Of a DNA stretch of 64,000 nucleotides, positions 1 to 11,377 are shown piece by piece. Location: contig JBPGPT010000050.1 in assembly GCA_051047955.1 (NCBI GenBank), forward strand, positions 1 to 64,000. Reading direction: 5' to 3'. The DNA is from Cystobasidiomycetes sp. EMM_F5. Its lineage: Eukaryota. The notes under the pieces were generated by a model. It was given only the letters and a program-made list of their open reading frames with translations, was not told the origin of the DNA and made no database searches. Position 1 is the stretch's first letter. Each line of letters opens with the position of its first letter. A program made the position numbers and the translations under genes.

Positions 1-268
1 TACAGCAAAAGTAAATGTGTCCAGAATGCTTCTGGCCAATGGGCTGCCTTCGGCTGCTACAAGAATGGCTTCGGCGATGTCGGAGAACCCATGTGGCTGT
101 TTGACAAGGCATGTGCTGATTGGCCAATCAACGTAAGTCCTCTCACATCACGAGGTTTATTGCACTGGCTTATGCTGCTTTCAGGACCGAGAAGACTGCA
201 TCGACATTGCTGAGCCAATCCCGAGATCTGGTGTGTCGCGCATGTTTGCGAGTTGCAATGGAAAGTAG
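1..268 (+). CDS. 3' end of a small cysteine-rich hypothetical protein (partial, spliced)
   Basis: The frame CSGQWAAFGCYKNGFGDVGEPMWLFDKACADWPIN is followed by a GTAAGT intron (133-184, ending TTCAG), then in-frame DREDCIDIAEPIPRSGVSRMFASCNGK and TAG at 266-268. Confidence 0.45.
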
Positions 269-454
269 TGCGTTGTTCAGCATGATGTGCTTGTACTTCT
301 AGAGGAGTAGGAGTTTTGCTTTGTTTAGCGTCATGACAGTGCCAAATGTACTAGCTCTTGCGACTCGTGCTCGGAAAATTGAAGGTTTAGGATAATTGCA
401 TGTACAACGACAACATATCTCAGGAGCAGTTTGCACGCGCAGTGCGCACAGAAT

Positions 455-3400
455 CTACGCGTAGAGCGCCCGACGATCCGCCGCAGCTCTTTCAGTCACG
501 CTATGCCTTGGAGGCAAGGGCAACTCAGACAGCTTCTGCACTGCCTGGACTGCGATCCCGGGAATCGGATGCTTCATATTCTCCTTGTTGTATTCTTGAG
601 CATGTCCTAGCTGAACTCGATCCGGAGACTTCATCAAAGATGCAGCCCTCAAGGCTCGAGTCTGCGTATCGATAGGCGCCGTCTGCCCATGTCGCTGCGC
701 TACCGACCTGGGCTGAGTATGAGTGGCCGTGCCGGCTTGTCTGCCTCTCAAAGCTGCTTGAGACAGTAAGGCCGCTCCGTGGACAGACGGAGTGTCGCTT
801 TCGAGCATGGCGAGCGAGATTCTGCGATGGACTTGACCTACGCGCGATGTTTGCGAGAGCGAGGCCGTGTTCATGTGCGTGCTTTGCGGAGCAGTCGACG
901 CACTCGATGCCACGCTCACTGAGCTGTCCTGAATTGAGACTGGTCGAGTGCGCAAGATGCGGGTCGCGGGACGGGCCGTCGATGCCAGTGCATCGTTCGA
1001 GTATCGATTCAAATCGCGCTTCAGCATCAGGATCTGCTGCTGTTTCGCTTCCAGTGCAATGTTGAGCCCTTCTTTATCTTCTTGCAACTGGTCACGTTCC
1101 TTTCGAATGCGCGCAATTTTGACTGCAATTAGACAGACCCGAAATTAGCAGGCTGAATATTGACGAAGGATACCTCGTGGCGCACCTTCTCTGTCCGTAG
1201 ACTCAGTGCGCATCCTGCTGGTTGCTTCGCGTAGCCGTATGACTTCAGCTTCGAGGAACGCACTACGATCCTCGTGCTCCGTGCAAGCCAGGCATTGTGA
1301 GTGACTTGCACTACGTCGGTCGGCAGATCGCCTGAAAATTTCAGTTTCGAGGGTAGTGATCCTTTCTTCTCTGTCCTGCAGCATCTGCAGCGAATCCTTC
1401 TTCATAGCCAGTAATGCCGCCTCCGCTCGCTGCACTTGATCCCGCAAGGCGTGGATCGTAGTCTGCAAATAATCACGCTCCTGTAGTAAATCGGCATGCA
1501 TAGCTTTAGAGTGATTGGATTGCTGAGTGTGCTCATCGCGCTCGCGCAACAAAGCATGATTGGCATCGTCCAAATCGCTTTGCATTCGCTGTATATCGGC
1601 TCGAGCTTGATCATACTGATCTTGCAAAGACTGGATCTGTCGCTCCCTAGATGCTGTGCTTCTAGATATCTGGACTTCCGCATCCGCAAGCTGACTTTCA
1701 AGATTGCCTCGCAAGTTCCGCTCTTCCGCTATCGATTCTTGCAGTGATAAGACTTTTCGGTCCAGTTCGGAACGGTGTACGTCAGCATCGTCTTTGGCCT
1801 GCCTCAATCTAGCATGATCCCGTTCCATACTAGCGGATTGAGCCTGCAGGGCTTCATTCTGCTGCATCTGACTCCGAAGCTGTTCCTCGAGTGCTTTCAC
1901 TCGCTCGACAATGTGCGCCTCGACTTTGGCACGCTGTAGCTGACTCTGCAGATCCTGGCTCTTACGCTTCTCAGCCTCGAGTTGACCTTGAAGACTCTCG
2001 TCACGGCGCTTGATTTCATCTTTGATGCGCGTCTTCGTTGCCTCGACTTCGCTCATCGCTTCTTCCAGTCTGTGAGCCAGAATCTCGCGCTCCTCATCGC
2101 GCTCCTTCACCGCTAGACTGAATCTCTGCTCGGCAGCTATCCGCTGCTTGTCCAAGGCGTTTATTGCTCGATCTCTCGACGACAACTCGCCACGTAGGTT
2201 TGCCACCAGTGATAACAGCAGCGTCTTCTGATTCGTCCTATTGGACAACAGATCATCTTGAGCCTGCATGAGATGCTGCAATAGGGATGAAAAGGGAGAA
2301 TCTGGGTTAAGTGATCGTGTGAGAGAGGACGAAGAGGAGGAGGGAGTCACGACCATGGCAGTCGAAACGTCGGGAGGATAAGAAGCATGTAGCATCGGCA
2401 CAGGCATGGGAACTGGCATGATTTGTGCCACGTCTCTGCTCTTATCGGCAATCGGCGTAAAGTATGCACTCTTGCCATCCTGACTTTCGCAAGATGTATC
2501 ATGTTCGCGGGCTATGACCATGACTTCAAGTTCTTGTATGCGACCAAATTCATCGAGCGACTTCCGCCTCTTTGACAAAGTAGGTGTCGTGAGGAGAGAC
2601 CCAGCGTCATTCGAGAGTGTGATGGCCGGATCTCGTCTAAGAATCGTTCTTCGTGAATGCACGCTTTCTACCAGCACTTCCTGACCATGTGCGGAAGGCG
2701 TAATTCGAGGAGCATCTGCAGCTTGACCTGCCACAACGTCCCGCTGCTGTATCGGTGACAGAGGCGGCGATGTAGACTTGCTCCCCTTCGACACTGTGAT
2801 ATCGTTGTTCACCATCTGCGCAAACGAGCGCTTCAGCGGCGGTGCTTCTGTATTGAAACCGCCTGACCGCGCCAGCTCAGACGAAGCTTTCAAGTTCTCC
2901 GCCAAAAGCAGCGGTCTCGGACCTTGTGACATTTGAAGGTGGCTGGGATCTTCAGTCATACCGGTCATATCTTGAAGCAATTGACGGGGTGCACTTGTGT
3001 CGAACAGGGTCGAAACGCCAAGACGCGAGCTTTGCATGTCGAGCGGCATTGTGATCGACCCCACCACTTCGGATCGACGATGAACAGGTTCTGGCTGTTC
3101 CGAAGGATGTTGAGACGTCGTCGTTTGACGAGCTTCACTTGCAGCTCGTCCTGCCGCATTGAGTAGACTAATCGAAGATTTCGACAGTAATGCTTGCTCA
3201 ATCTCTGTGCTTTCATTCGTGTCAAGGAGTGCTGAGTCTTCGACGTAACTATGACGAGGTGGACTTTCCGGCCGTGCGGGGACGTATGGTCCGGTCTCGA
3301 GCATTATGATGCCTTCCGGCCTGGGGTGTTGTGGAGATGTCAGGATGTGGGGCGGGCTCGCGGCAGGCGGTAAAGTTGAAGGCGAGAAGGTTACCGATCG

Positions 3401-4512
3401 GACTGGTGTACCTAGCATAACCTCTGTAGTTGCATCTCCACATCCAGCCAGAGATCGCTTGAGTATTGATTTCAGCGAGGCAGAACTTCGAGATTTTGGT
3501 ATCGGTCGAGATGGACTGCCAAGCAGTCGACAGTCTACCGACACATCTGAGGACTGGCCAGTAAAGCTCATACTCGAGCCTTCCATAGCTTGCGGAAATG
3601 ACATGTTGTAGATGTCGTTCCGGTCGCCGCCGCCTAGATGCAGACTACTGGCCGACTGCACGAGCCCATTCCAAGCGGCATCATGTCCCAAGGCATTTGT
3701 GCCCTCATTTCCAGTGATTTCTTTTTCTTCCTGCCATCTCTTCTCAGCTTCTTCGCGGTCATCGTCGTCAAAGCCAATCATTCCAGAAGCCGTAGAAGCC
3801 CATGACAACCGGTCCAATCTATCTCGCAGGGGCGTTCGACTCGGCGAAACTTCGGTCGACGTGCCATTGGATGGGATAGCTGATTGGGGCTGGACGTCCT
3901 GCTGCAGACTATGTATTGTGAAATGGTTAGTCCGGATGGACGAGATTGAATGGAGCGAAGTGGCGTGAGCGTGCGATGCGTGTTGCTGGCGGTACTGCTC
4001 GGGTCTGCGTGAGGAAGCTTTAGTCGGGAGAACATATGCAGTTCGCAAGTCATAAGCTGACAACGGCGGTACATCCTGTTGATACCGACATAAGCCCTGC
4101 GTTCTTGCAGACAAAACGACTCAACACGTACACTCCGGGATCCATAATCGTGCAGCATTTCCACACCGGTAAGCGTACTCGTACTTGCGTCGCTGTGTGC
4201 CGAGGTGCTCGAGCTCGCCGTTGCGTCCGACCGTGCTGGGAACGGGGCAAAACAACCCCGATCATCGATGCATAAACAAGGTCAGTCGAGCAATATTCCA
4301 GCATCAGCAGGCTGCCGTCTGCGCATTCCTGCTCTCTCACCCGAGCTGTCCTTGTTGCTGCGTTTCCGCCTTCGCCTGTTTCCAGTGCTGCTGCTTTTCC
4401 CGTGGCCATTGCTGCCGCTGCTCAGCACTCCAGAATCATCGAGCGCTGGCTCATCCTCATCGTCCGCGTCCTGCCTCGCTGCGAACGGATTGCGAAACCA
4501 GCTGCGGTTCAT
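455..4512 (-). CDS. Large protein with disordered N-terminus and long C-terminal coiled coil, function unknown
   Basis: ORFs 4282-4512, 3778-4164, 1145-4114 and 455-1087 can be joined by GT-AG introns (about 4340-4237, 4130-4018 and 1185-1123). The E/Q/R/L-rich heptad region ends in QEDKEGLNIALEAKQQQILMLKR. Confidence 0.75.
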
Positions 4513-4738
4513 GCTTGTTGCAGTGCTTTGGCCATGCAGGCCAGCTTTGTTGCTTCAAGGTCAAAAAGTAGTCGCGTCAAAAACATGCACAAAGCTGAAC
4601 ACGTGCGAGATTTGAAGCCGGACAGTGGCCTTTTTGTCTGAATACAGCAGTAACTTCTAGTGTGCTGGTGGGCTGTGCTACTATAGCATCTCTGACTGTC
4701 ACTGTCAGGAAGCATCCGATTGAATGTCGAGAGTGCAG

Positions 4739-7091
4739 TCAAAACTCCTCGAAATCCATAGAATCCGCAAACGAGTGCTTCGGCTGCTGGCTTTCAATTG
4801 CAACAGTCCCGCTTGATGTATCGAGAGGCTTGTCATGGACTCCGCCATTCACTCTGTCATTTACTTCACTGAAGTAGTCCTCGTTACCGCCGAGGCCTGA
4901 TCCCAGCTCTTCAAAGGTAAAAGCACCGGCTCCATTGCTGCCTGCAAATATACCCTCTACCGCAGCTTGATCCCGATCCAGGTTAGTGTTGTGCACACTG
5001 GAAGCATCATCTCCCGTATGCATCTCTTCCGCAATCGGTGCGTGGAATGGCAAAGCTGAAGCAGGAACCGATGCAGCGGGCGTGTACGCAGGCGTGCCGA
5101 CGGTAAAAGTCGATCCATTCTGCTTGATCTTGATGCTGAGACTCCTCTGCGGACTAGGTGGACCACCGGCAGGCGTAGGGGCAGCAGACATAGAACGTGA
5201 AGTAGAATTGGCAAGTGATGGTTTGACTGGACTAGGAGCTGCAAATACTTCCACAGATTCGCCGCGCTGTTGCGACTGTGATAGTGACCCATTCGCCCAT
5301 CGCTGTGGCAACTGAGGGAACGCGGGACCTTTGTAGGACGCGTTGGGCCTCGGATTGCCGCTGGACACAAGAGGCACGGGCGTGGATACTGATACGGGTG
5401 CAGTAGCCGACGGCGTCGGAGCAGCGGATGCAGTATTGCCAGAAGCTGTTGCTGCCTGCTGTTGCGCAGCAGCCTTTTGTAGAGCAGGAACCACATCCTC
5501 GTTCTCGTTATGAATCTCCCAGTCGAAGCCCCACGACATCATCCTTGTCGACGCTGCGAATGGGGCACCAAGAATGTTCGGCTTTTCCAGCTCAACCTCG
5601 TAATTTCGCGTAGCACCCGTATCTGTCAGCGGACCAGGAGGGCCTATACGAGTCGTTCGCATGAACAAGCCAGGACTCGATGCGCTGAGAAGAGTCCGAA
5701 TTGATGCGTGCGCTGTAGGGTATCGCGGATGCATCGACGGAACTACAGTTGCAGTTGCATGCGGCAGGATGAGAGAGGGCGCCGTCTCAGACAGGGTAAC
5801 CGGTAAAGATGTCGTGAATGCGTGCAGAGCCGGGAAGGGTATGAGGGCTCTCCCAGACGGTTCATTCGGATCATCACGGTCGGATAACGGCGGATACGGT
5901 ATCCAGCCAGCCTGCTTCTTGGCGAGACGAGGTTGAGGTGTCGGGACTGCACCGCTGAGCGAATCGTCTGATGGATTGATGAGTATATTGCTCTGAATTG
6001 CCGTGGCAGCCCTACGTCGTTTCGGATTATACCGCAAGGGTAGCGTATCTTGGCCGTCAGATTCGAGCGAAATGTAATTGTACGTCTCGAGAAAGTGCGG
6101 CAAAGATGACGATATCGCAGTAGTATCGCTTCCATTTACATCTTCGAGCAGATTTGCCAGCATTATTTCCTGAGACAGTTCTGGCAGCGGCCGGGTCTCG
6201 TATTCTGCCAATTGCGAGCCTTCATAGGCGACTTGGCGGTGCCATACGCCGAAAGCTGCGCCTGTAGCCTTGTCGATGTTTCTCCTTGCTCGCTTTACAG
6301 TCCTGCTTGCTCCAGTCACTTCGTCTTCAATCACTACAGTCTGTGCATCCTTTGACGCATCGTTGGCTGCTAGATCGGGCAGCGGGGGAAGGAAAGCTAA
6401 TATATCGCTAGGCGGCTTGTAGTGGTCGTTGGTGTAGCTTTCATCATCTTGGGCTGTCTTGATGGTTGGCAAGGATAGAGTGAGCTGGTCTTCGGGCGTT
6501 TCGACCTCGGGAGAAGAGTCTGGCGTGGAAGGTGATAGCGGCCGCACTCCAGGGACGAATGGCTTGGCGAGTTCTATGCGGACTGTGCGTAGCTGTTCCT
6601 CTTCTGTTTGAGATAGCGGTGCGTACTGAATCACGCTAGCGGACTGCAGGTTCTGGGATGTTCTGCTTGTGTCTTTTTCGGCGGTAAATGCGACCGAAGT
6701 GTCAGAGAAAGTAACGAGGCTACGTGTCGACGATATTCCTACCTTTGAGAAGAGCACCAAGCGCTGACGGAGCTACACCACCGCTGGCTGCCATCTGCAG
6801 GCCGTCCCCGCCGAGCCGCCTCTGCTCGCACCACTCCCACACCTCGTCCAACCGCTGCCCAAAGTCTTCCATTGCCTGCACGACATCTGCGGCATTTGGC
6901 TGCGTCCTGCCTGCGAGCTCCGCATGCTGCTTTGCCGTAATAGCGAGCAGCGACAGGTATCTTTCGGTGAGCTGGCTGAGGGTCTGCAGCGGCACGGCTC
7001 GAACATGGGAGAACCGGTTGCCAGGGTTGAGGGTCAGCAAGCGCAGAGTCGCGAGTGTGACGAGGTGGAAAGCGAGCTCATGGACTGGCAT
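4739..7091 (-). CDS. Bromodomain-associated (BTP) histone-fold protein, TAF3/TAF8-like
   Basis: The N-terminal exon has LQTLSQLTERYLSLLAITAKQHAELAGRTQPNAADVVQAMEDFG (BTP fold). An intron at about 6742-6644 joins it to the 673-aa ORF containing an FLPPLP motif. Confidence 0.7.
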
Positions 7092-7607
7092 CGCCCGAGT
7101 TTCCTCGCTTTGACAGAGTATTGGCAGACTTTAGAAGCTGGCTGTCGATGCAAGGCTATAAGGCTGATCGGCCTCATCAAGACTTTGAATGAATACGCCC
7201 AAACGGTCTGTATGAGCGCCCAGCAGGATAGTCAATAAGCAGTCCGTAATCAGACGGTGTATGTCGGCGACACTGTTCTCGTCCTGCGTTTCAGACGTGT
7301 TTCGATAGTCTTGCCCAAATTACAGCTTCACGCTCAAATCCTGCCCTTTTCAACCGCGAAAACGAGGCCGACTACTCTACAAGACTGTTCCGGATTGCTA
7401 TCATGGTTGATTTCACATATAACTAGCCTGTCTGAGCCATTCCTGCAGTCCACTCTCTGTGGCTCTCGATCATGGGCGCTTCCCTTTGCCGCCCCTGCCA
7501 AAAATTTGCGTCTGCGCGCCAAAATTCAGGCAAAGACCTCGGATTTCGACCAACAAACCCGCTGTAGCACTACTGCAACGACTTACACAGTCCGGTATTC
7601 TTAAAAA

Positions 7608-8445
7608 ATGGCGTAAGTCTGCGGTCTTCATCCAGCGGAGCCTAGCGAGCGGGCTCGTCTGCGAGGCAATCCTGAGGCTTGCAATTTGCTGGTCCTCCCA
7701 AACCCGTGCCGACATCGACGACGTATGGCTGACCCGCTGCCTCGACTGGTTCTACAGAGACGATGACCATCACGAGACCTTTGAGGGCACCGCCTCTGGT
7801 GCATCCCTCACCTTTCCCATGCAGTGCTCGGCTCTGCGCAAGAACGGTCACGTTGTGGTGAGTCGCCAATTGCTCAAACGTAAAAGACTGTCTAGACTGA
7901 TCGTATCGTGTCTGTCGTGCTCAGATCAAAGGCAGACCATGCAAGATTGTGCGTGGTCTATAGTAAACCTACTGTGTGACGATCCGCTAATTACCGTGCC
8001 ATTTCACCTTAAACAGGTCGACATGTCCACCTCCAAGACTGGAAAGCACGGTCACGCCAAGGTCCATCTCGTTGCCATCGACATCTTCACCAACAAGAAG
8101 ATGGAAGATCTCTCCCCATCCACCCACAACATGGATGTCCCCAATGTCACCCGTACCGAATACCAGCTCGTCAACGTCGACGATGGCTACCTCAACTTGA
8201 TGGACACCGACGGCAATTCCAAGGACGACGTAAAGGTTCCCGACTCTGAAGTTGGCGAGCAGATTCAGCAGCTCTTTGATGACGGAAAGGATGTAAGCAT
8301 TTTGACCAGGCTTCCCGCAACAATCATCTACGCAGTGAACTGACAATTTTGGCTTTGTGAAACAATGCAGGTTCTCGTTACTATCGTCTCCTCCATGGGC
8401 GAAGAGCACGCTCTGGCCGTCAAGGAGGCTCCCCAGGGCAAGTAA
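7608..8445 (+). CDS. HYP2: Translation factor eIF5A
   Basis: Spliced sequence [60 protein letters not shown]..., including the hypusine motif. Four introns; TAA at 8443-8445. Confidence 0.97.
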
Positions 8446-8804
8446 GCGGAAAGTCTGGTTGGCTCGCCCACCCGGTTCTTCGTTGCACTGTTCTACAATG
8501 GGATGTTTTGGGATGCTGTGGGAGGGTGATGGTACACTATCATGCTTTCACCCGCTAGAGGCGTACAATCTAGGCCATTATCTTTCACTGCCTGTCGTGG
8601 CTATCTGTGATTTCGCATAGCGCGTAGAGAGTGCCAAGCTGCCTTGTCTCGCGATCCAATATAAGCTTTCTACAGTCATGGTCCTATCATCGTTCCGTTG
8701 AAAGCTCTCATTCGCCGATATATGTTCTTTCATCACTTGTGCAACGCATACATCTTGTATTCCGTGCAAAGCTGTCCTGAAGCCCTCTGGCTCGCGATGG
8801 AAGG

Positions 8805-11293
8805 ATGCACCATGCCGTCGCAGGTCCTTCAACGAGCACACCATGCCTGTCGCGGAGCCAGTCTGGTACTCGGAGTGCCAACGCGACACCAGAACCATCC
8901 TATGCCACCTTCTCCCCTCAGCAGCTGCACTCGGAGCTGAGGAGCACAGCCAACAGCAGCAGCAGGAGGCAGTATAGTAATTCGAGCAAATCCAAGAGAA
9001 ACGGCAAAGGCGTGGGCTTGTCGCGAGCTGTTAGCGACGGATCCGATGTCTTTGGCACTCAAGATCGTCAACAACGTCGGACACGCCGGTGGTCAGTCAC
9101 GACTGAGCAGGATATGAATTACTCCGTTACTGGAAAGAGACGTCGTTCGTCGGCAGCTAGAGTCGCTAATCGATCTATATCACAAGCGCTCCTGCGGGCA
9201 GTGGTCGGGAAACCGGTCGACAGCGAGGACGATGACGAGGCAGATGCCACGACCTACTTCTTGACTCGGCCCGTGTCTTATACTGAAGCTGTCGCAGCGT
9301 ATGTACCGAATCGAAATCGCAGGATCAGCGCAATTCTTCGTCCAGTCCCCTCTCGTCCTTCATTTTCAAGCGAACGTGAGGCAAGCAGGCGTACTCTGCT
9401 CAATACCACATACGGAAGTATTGATTCTGCTATTGATGACGGCGAAGATGTCCTGCCGTTGGAGGCCGTACCGTACGGTGTCCTCAAGATGGAAGTCATT
9501 GCCAAACATATGCGCAGCCCGTTTATACCAATCTACCTCATCACGCTCTTCACCTCGCTTTCTTCGACCACTACACCAGCAGTCGAGCCGTTTCTGCTGT
9601 CAACCTTCGGTGGACACGCCTACATTTCTTCAATAGCTATCATCACAAGCATCGCTTATGCCGCTTGCAAACCGCCAATGGCAAAGATCCTCGACGTTTT
9701 TGGCAGGACAGAGGGTTTGGCGCTGTCAGCTATTCTCTACGGTCTTGGCTTTATGCTCGTATCGTCATCGCGCGGGATACTTTCATTTGGTATCGCTCGG
9801 GTCATAGCTTCGGCTGGCGGGCAAGGGCTTAATCTCGCTCAGCAAGTCATAATGGCAGACGTTACTTCTTTGTCTTCACGGGCACTCGCTTTGTCTACGA
9901 CATTTATTCCTTGGCTTGTAACACCATGGATAGGCCCGTACCTTGGACAGTGGTTCAAAGACCATGGAGAAGTGGGGTTTCGCGCTACGTACACCACTTT
10001 CGGTGTCCTTGTACCACTTTCTTGTGTGTGCCTTCTGTATGTGCTTTGGGACGGCTACAGACGCGTTCTCCGGCTTACCTCGGCCGGTCGCACAACTCTG
10101 ACAGCTCTCAAAGATGACGGCAATATAGTTGAAGCAGATGCAAGCCTGCAATGGCAACCGCAGTGCGTAAGAACCCTGGCCGCTACTGCTTTAGCGGAGC
10201 TGGACGTGCTGGGTATCGTATACCTCGTTGTTGGATGTACCCTTGTTCTGTAAGTTTATAATAGGAGTATCAAGCACTATTTGTCAAGTCAAACTAATCT
10301 ACATTATCTAGTCTGCCCCTCTCGCTAGCAGCAACGTCTCCACGAAGCTGGCGTGATCCAATATATCCGACTCTCACACTCGTGGGGGTAGCTGCGCTTG
10401 GCCTTCTGGGGTACCACGAGGCATGTGTGGCTGCCCACCCACTTATTCCGACCCGTCTCCTCAAGCAAAAGACAGTCATGGCAGGCTGTTCTCTGTGCGC
10501 TTTCCACTTCTTCTGTCAATTCGCATACGAATCCTATTTCCCTTCGTTCCTTCAAGTAGCCCGTGGCTACTCCGTTCGTGACGCAAGCTATATCAGCGAA
10601 TCTTACGTCTTCACGGCCACTGTTGCTGCCTTGATATGTGGTGTTTTGGTCAAGGTGACTCACAGGTATCGTACGTTGATGCTGTTTGGCATCGCTGTTC
10701 ACGCTATTGGCGTGATAATGATGGTAAGATTTCGGTCTCTAAGCAATACGACCTTGGAGTTGGTTATGAGCCAGGTTATCGGTGGATTTGGTGGAGGGTT
10801 CACAACGCTCGGTGCTCAGCTTGGCGTGCAAGCAGTCGTTGGTCACCAAGATGTAGCTGTCGTGACTGCCGTATTCCTTACGATTACGCAGATTGGTGGA
10901 GCGGTAGGTGGAGCAGTCTCTGGCGTTATTTGGACGACATATCTCCCGCAAAAGCTGCGCCTCTTCCTTCCAGAAATGTCGGACCGAGACATCAAACGCA
11001 TCTTCGGCTCCATGGCTGTTGCGCTATCTTACGACAGAGGGACGCCCGAACGCGATGCTATCGATTTGGCCTACTTTGAGGTGCAGAGGATGCTCAATTT
11101 CGCTGCACTCGCAGGTCTCATCCCTGCGCTCATTTGCGGACTCCTAATGGCCGACGTCTCGCTCGGTAGCCGGGACGAGACTGCAAGCACGGTCCTCCTG
11201 GACGAGGTTTTGGACGATATCAGTTTCACGGATGAATCAGGCAGTTCACCAGAAGTTCGCACGCCATTGAGTAGGCATAAACAGTCTTCGTAG
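8805..11293 (+). CDS. MFS transporter, siderophore-iron transporter (SIT/ARN) family
   Basis: Multi-TM protein with KPPMAKILDVFGRTEG, IMADVTSLSSRA, YFPSFLQVARG and GTPERDAIDLAY motifs. One intron at about 10250-10311. Confidence 0.85.
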
Positions 11294-11377
11294 CAAATCT
11301 GATCCGTGTAGCATAGCAGCAGATGTATTTCAATTCTGAAAGTTTTTCGTCGTGGTACCTTTGTTTCGCAACATTGT

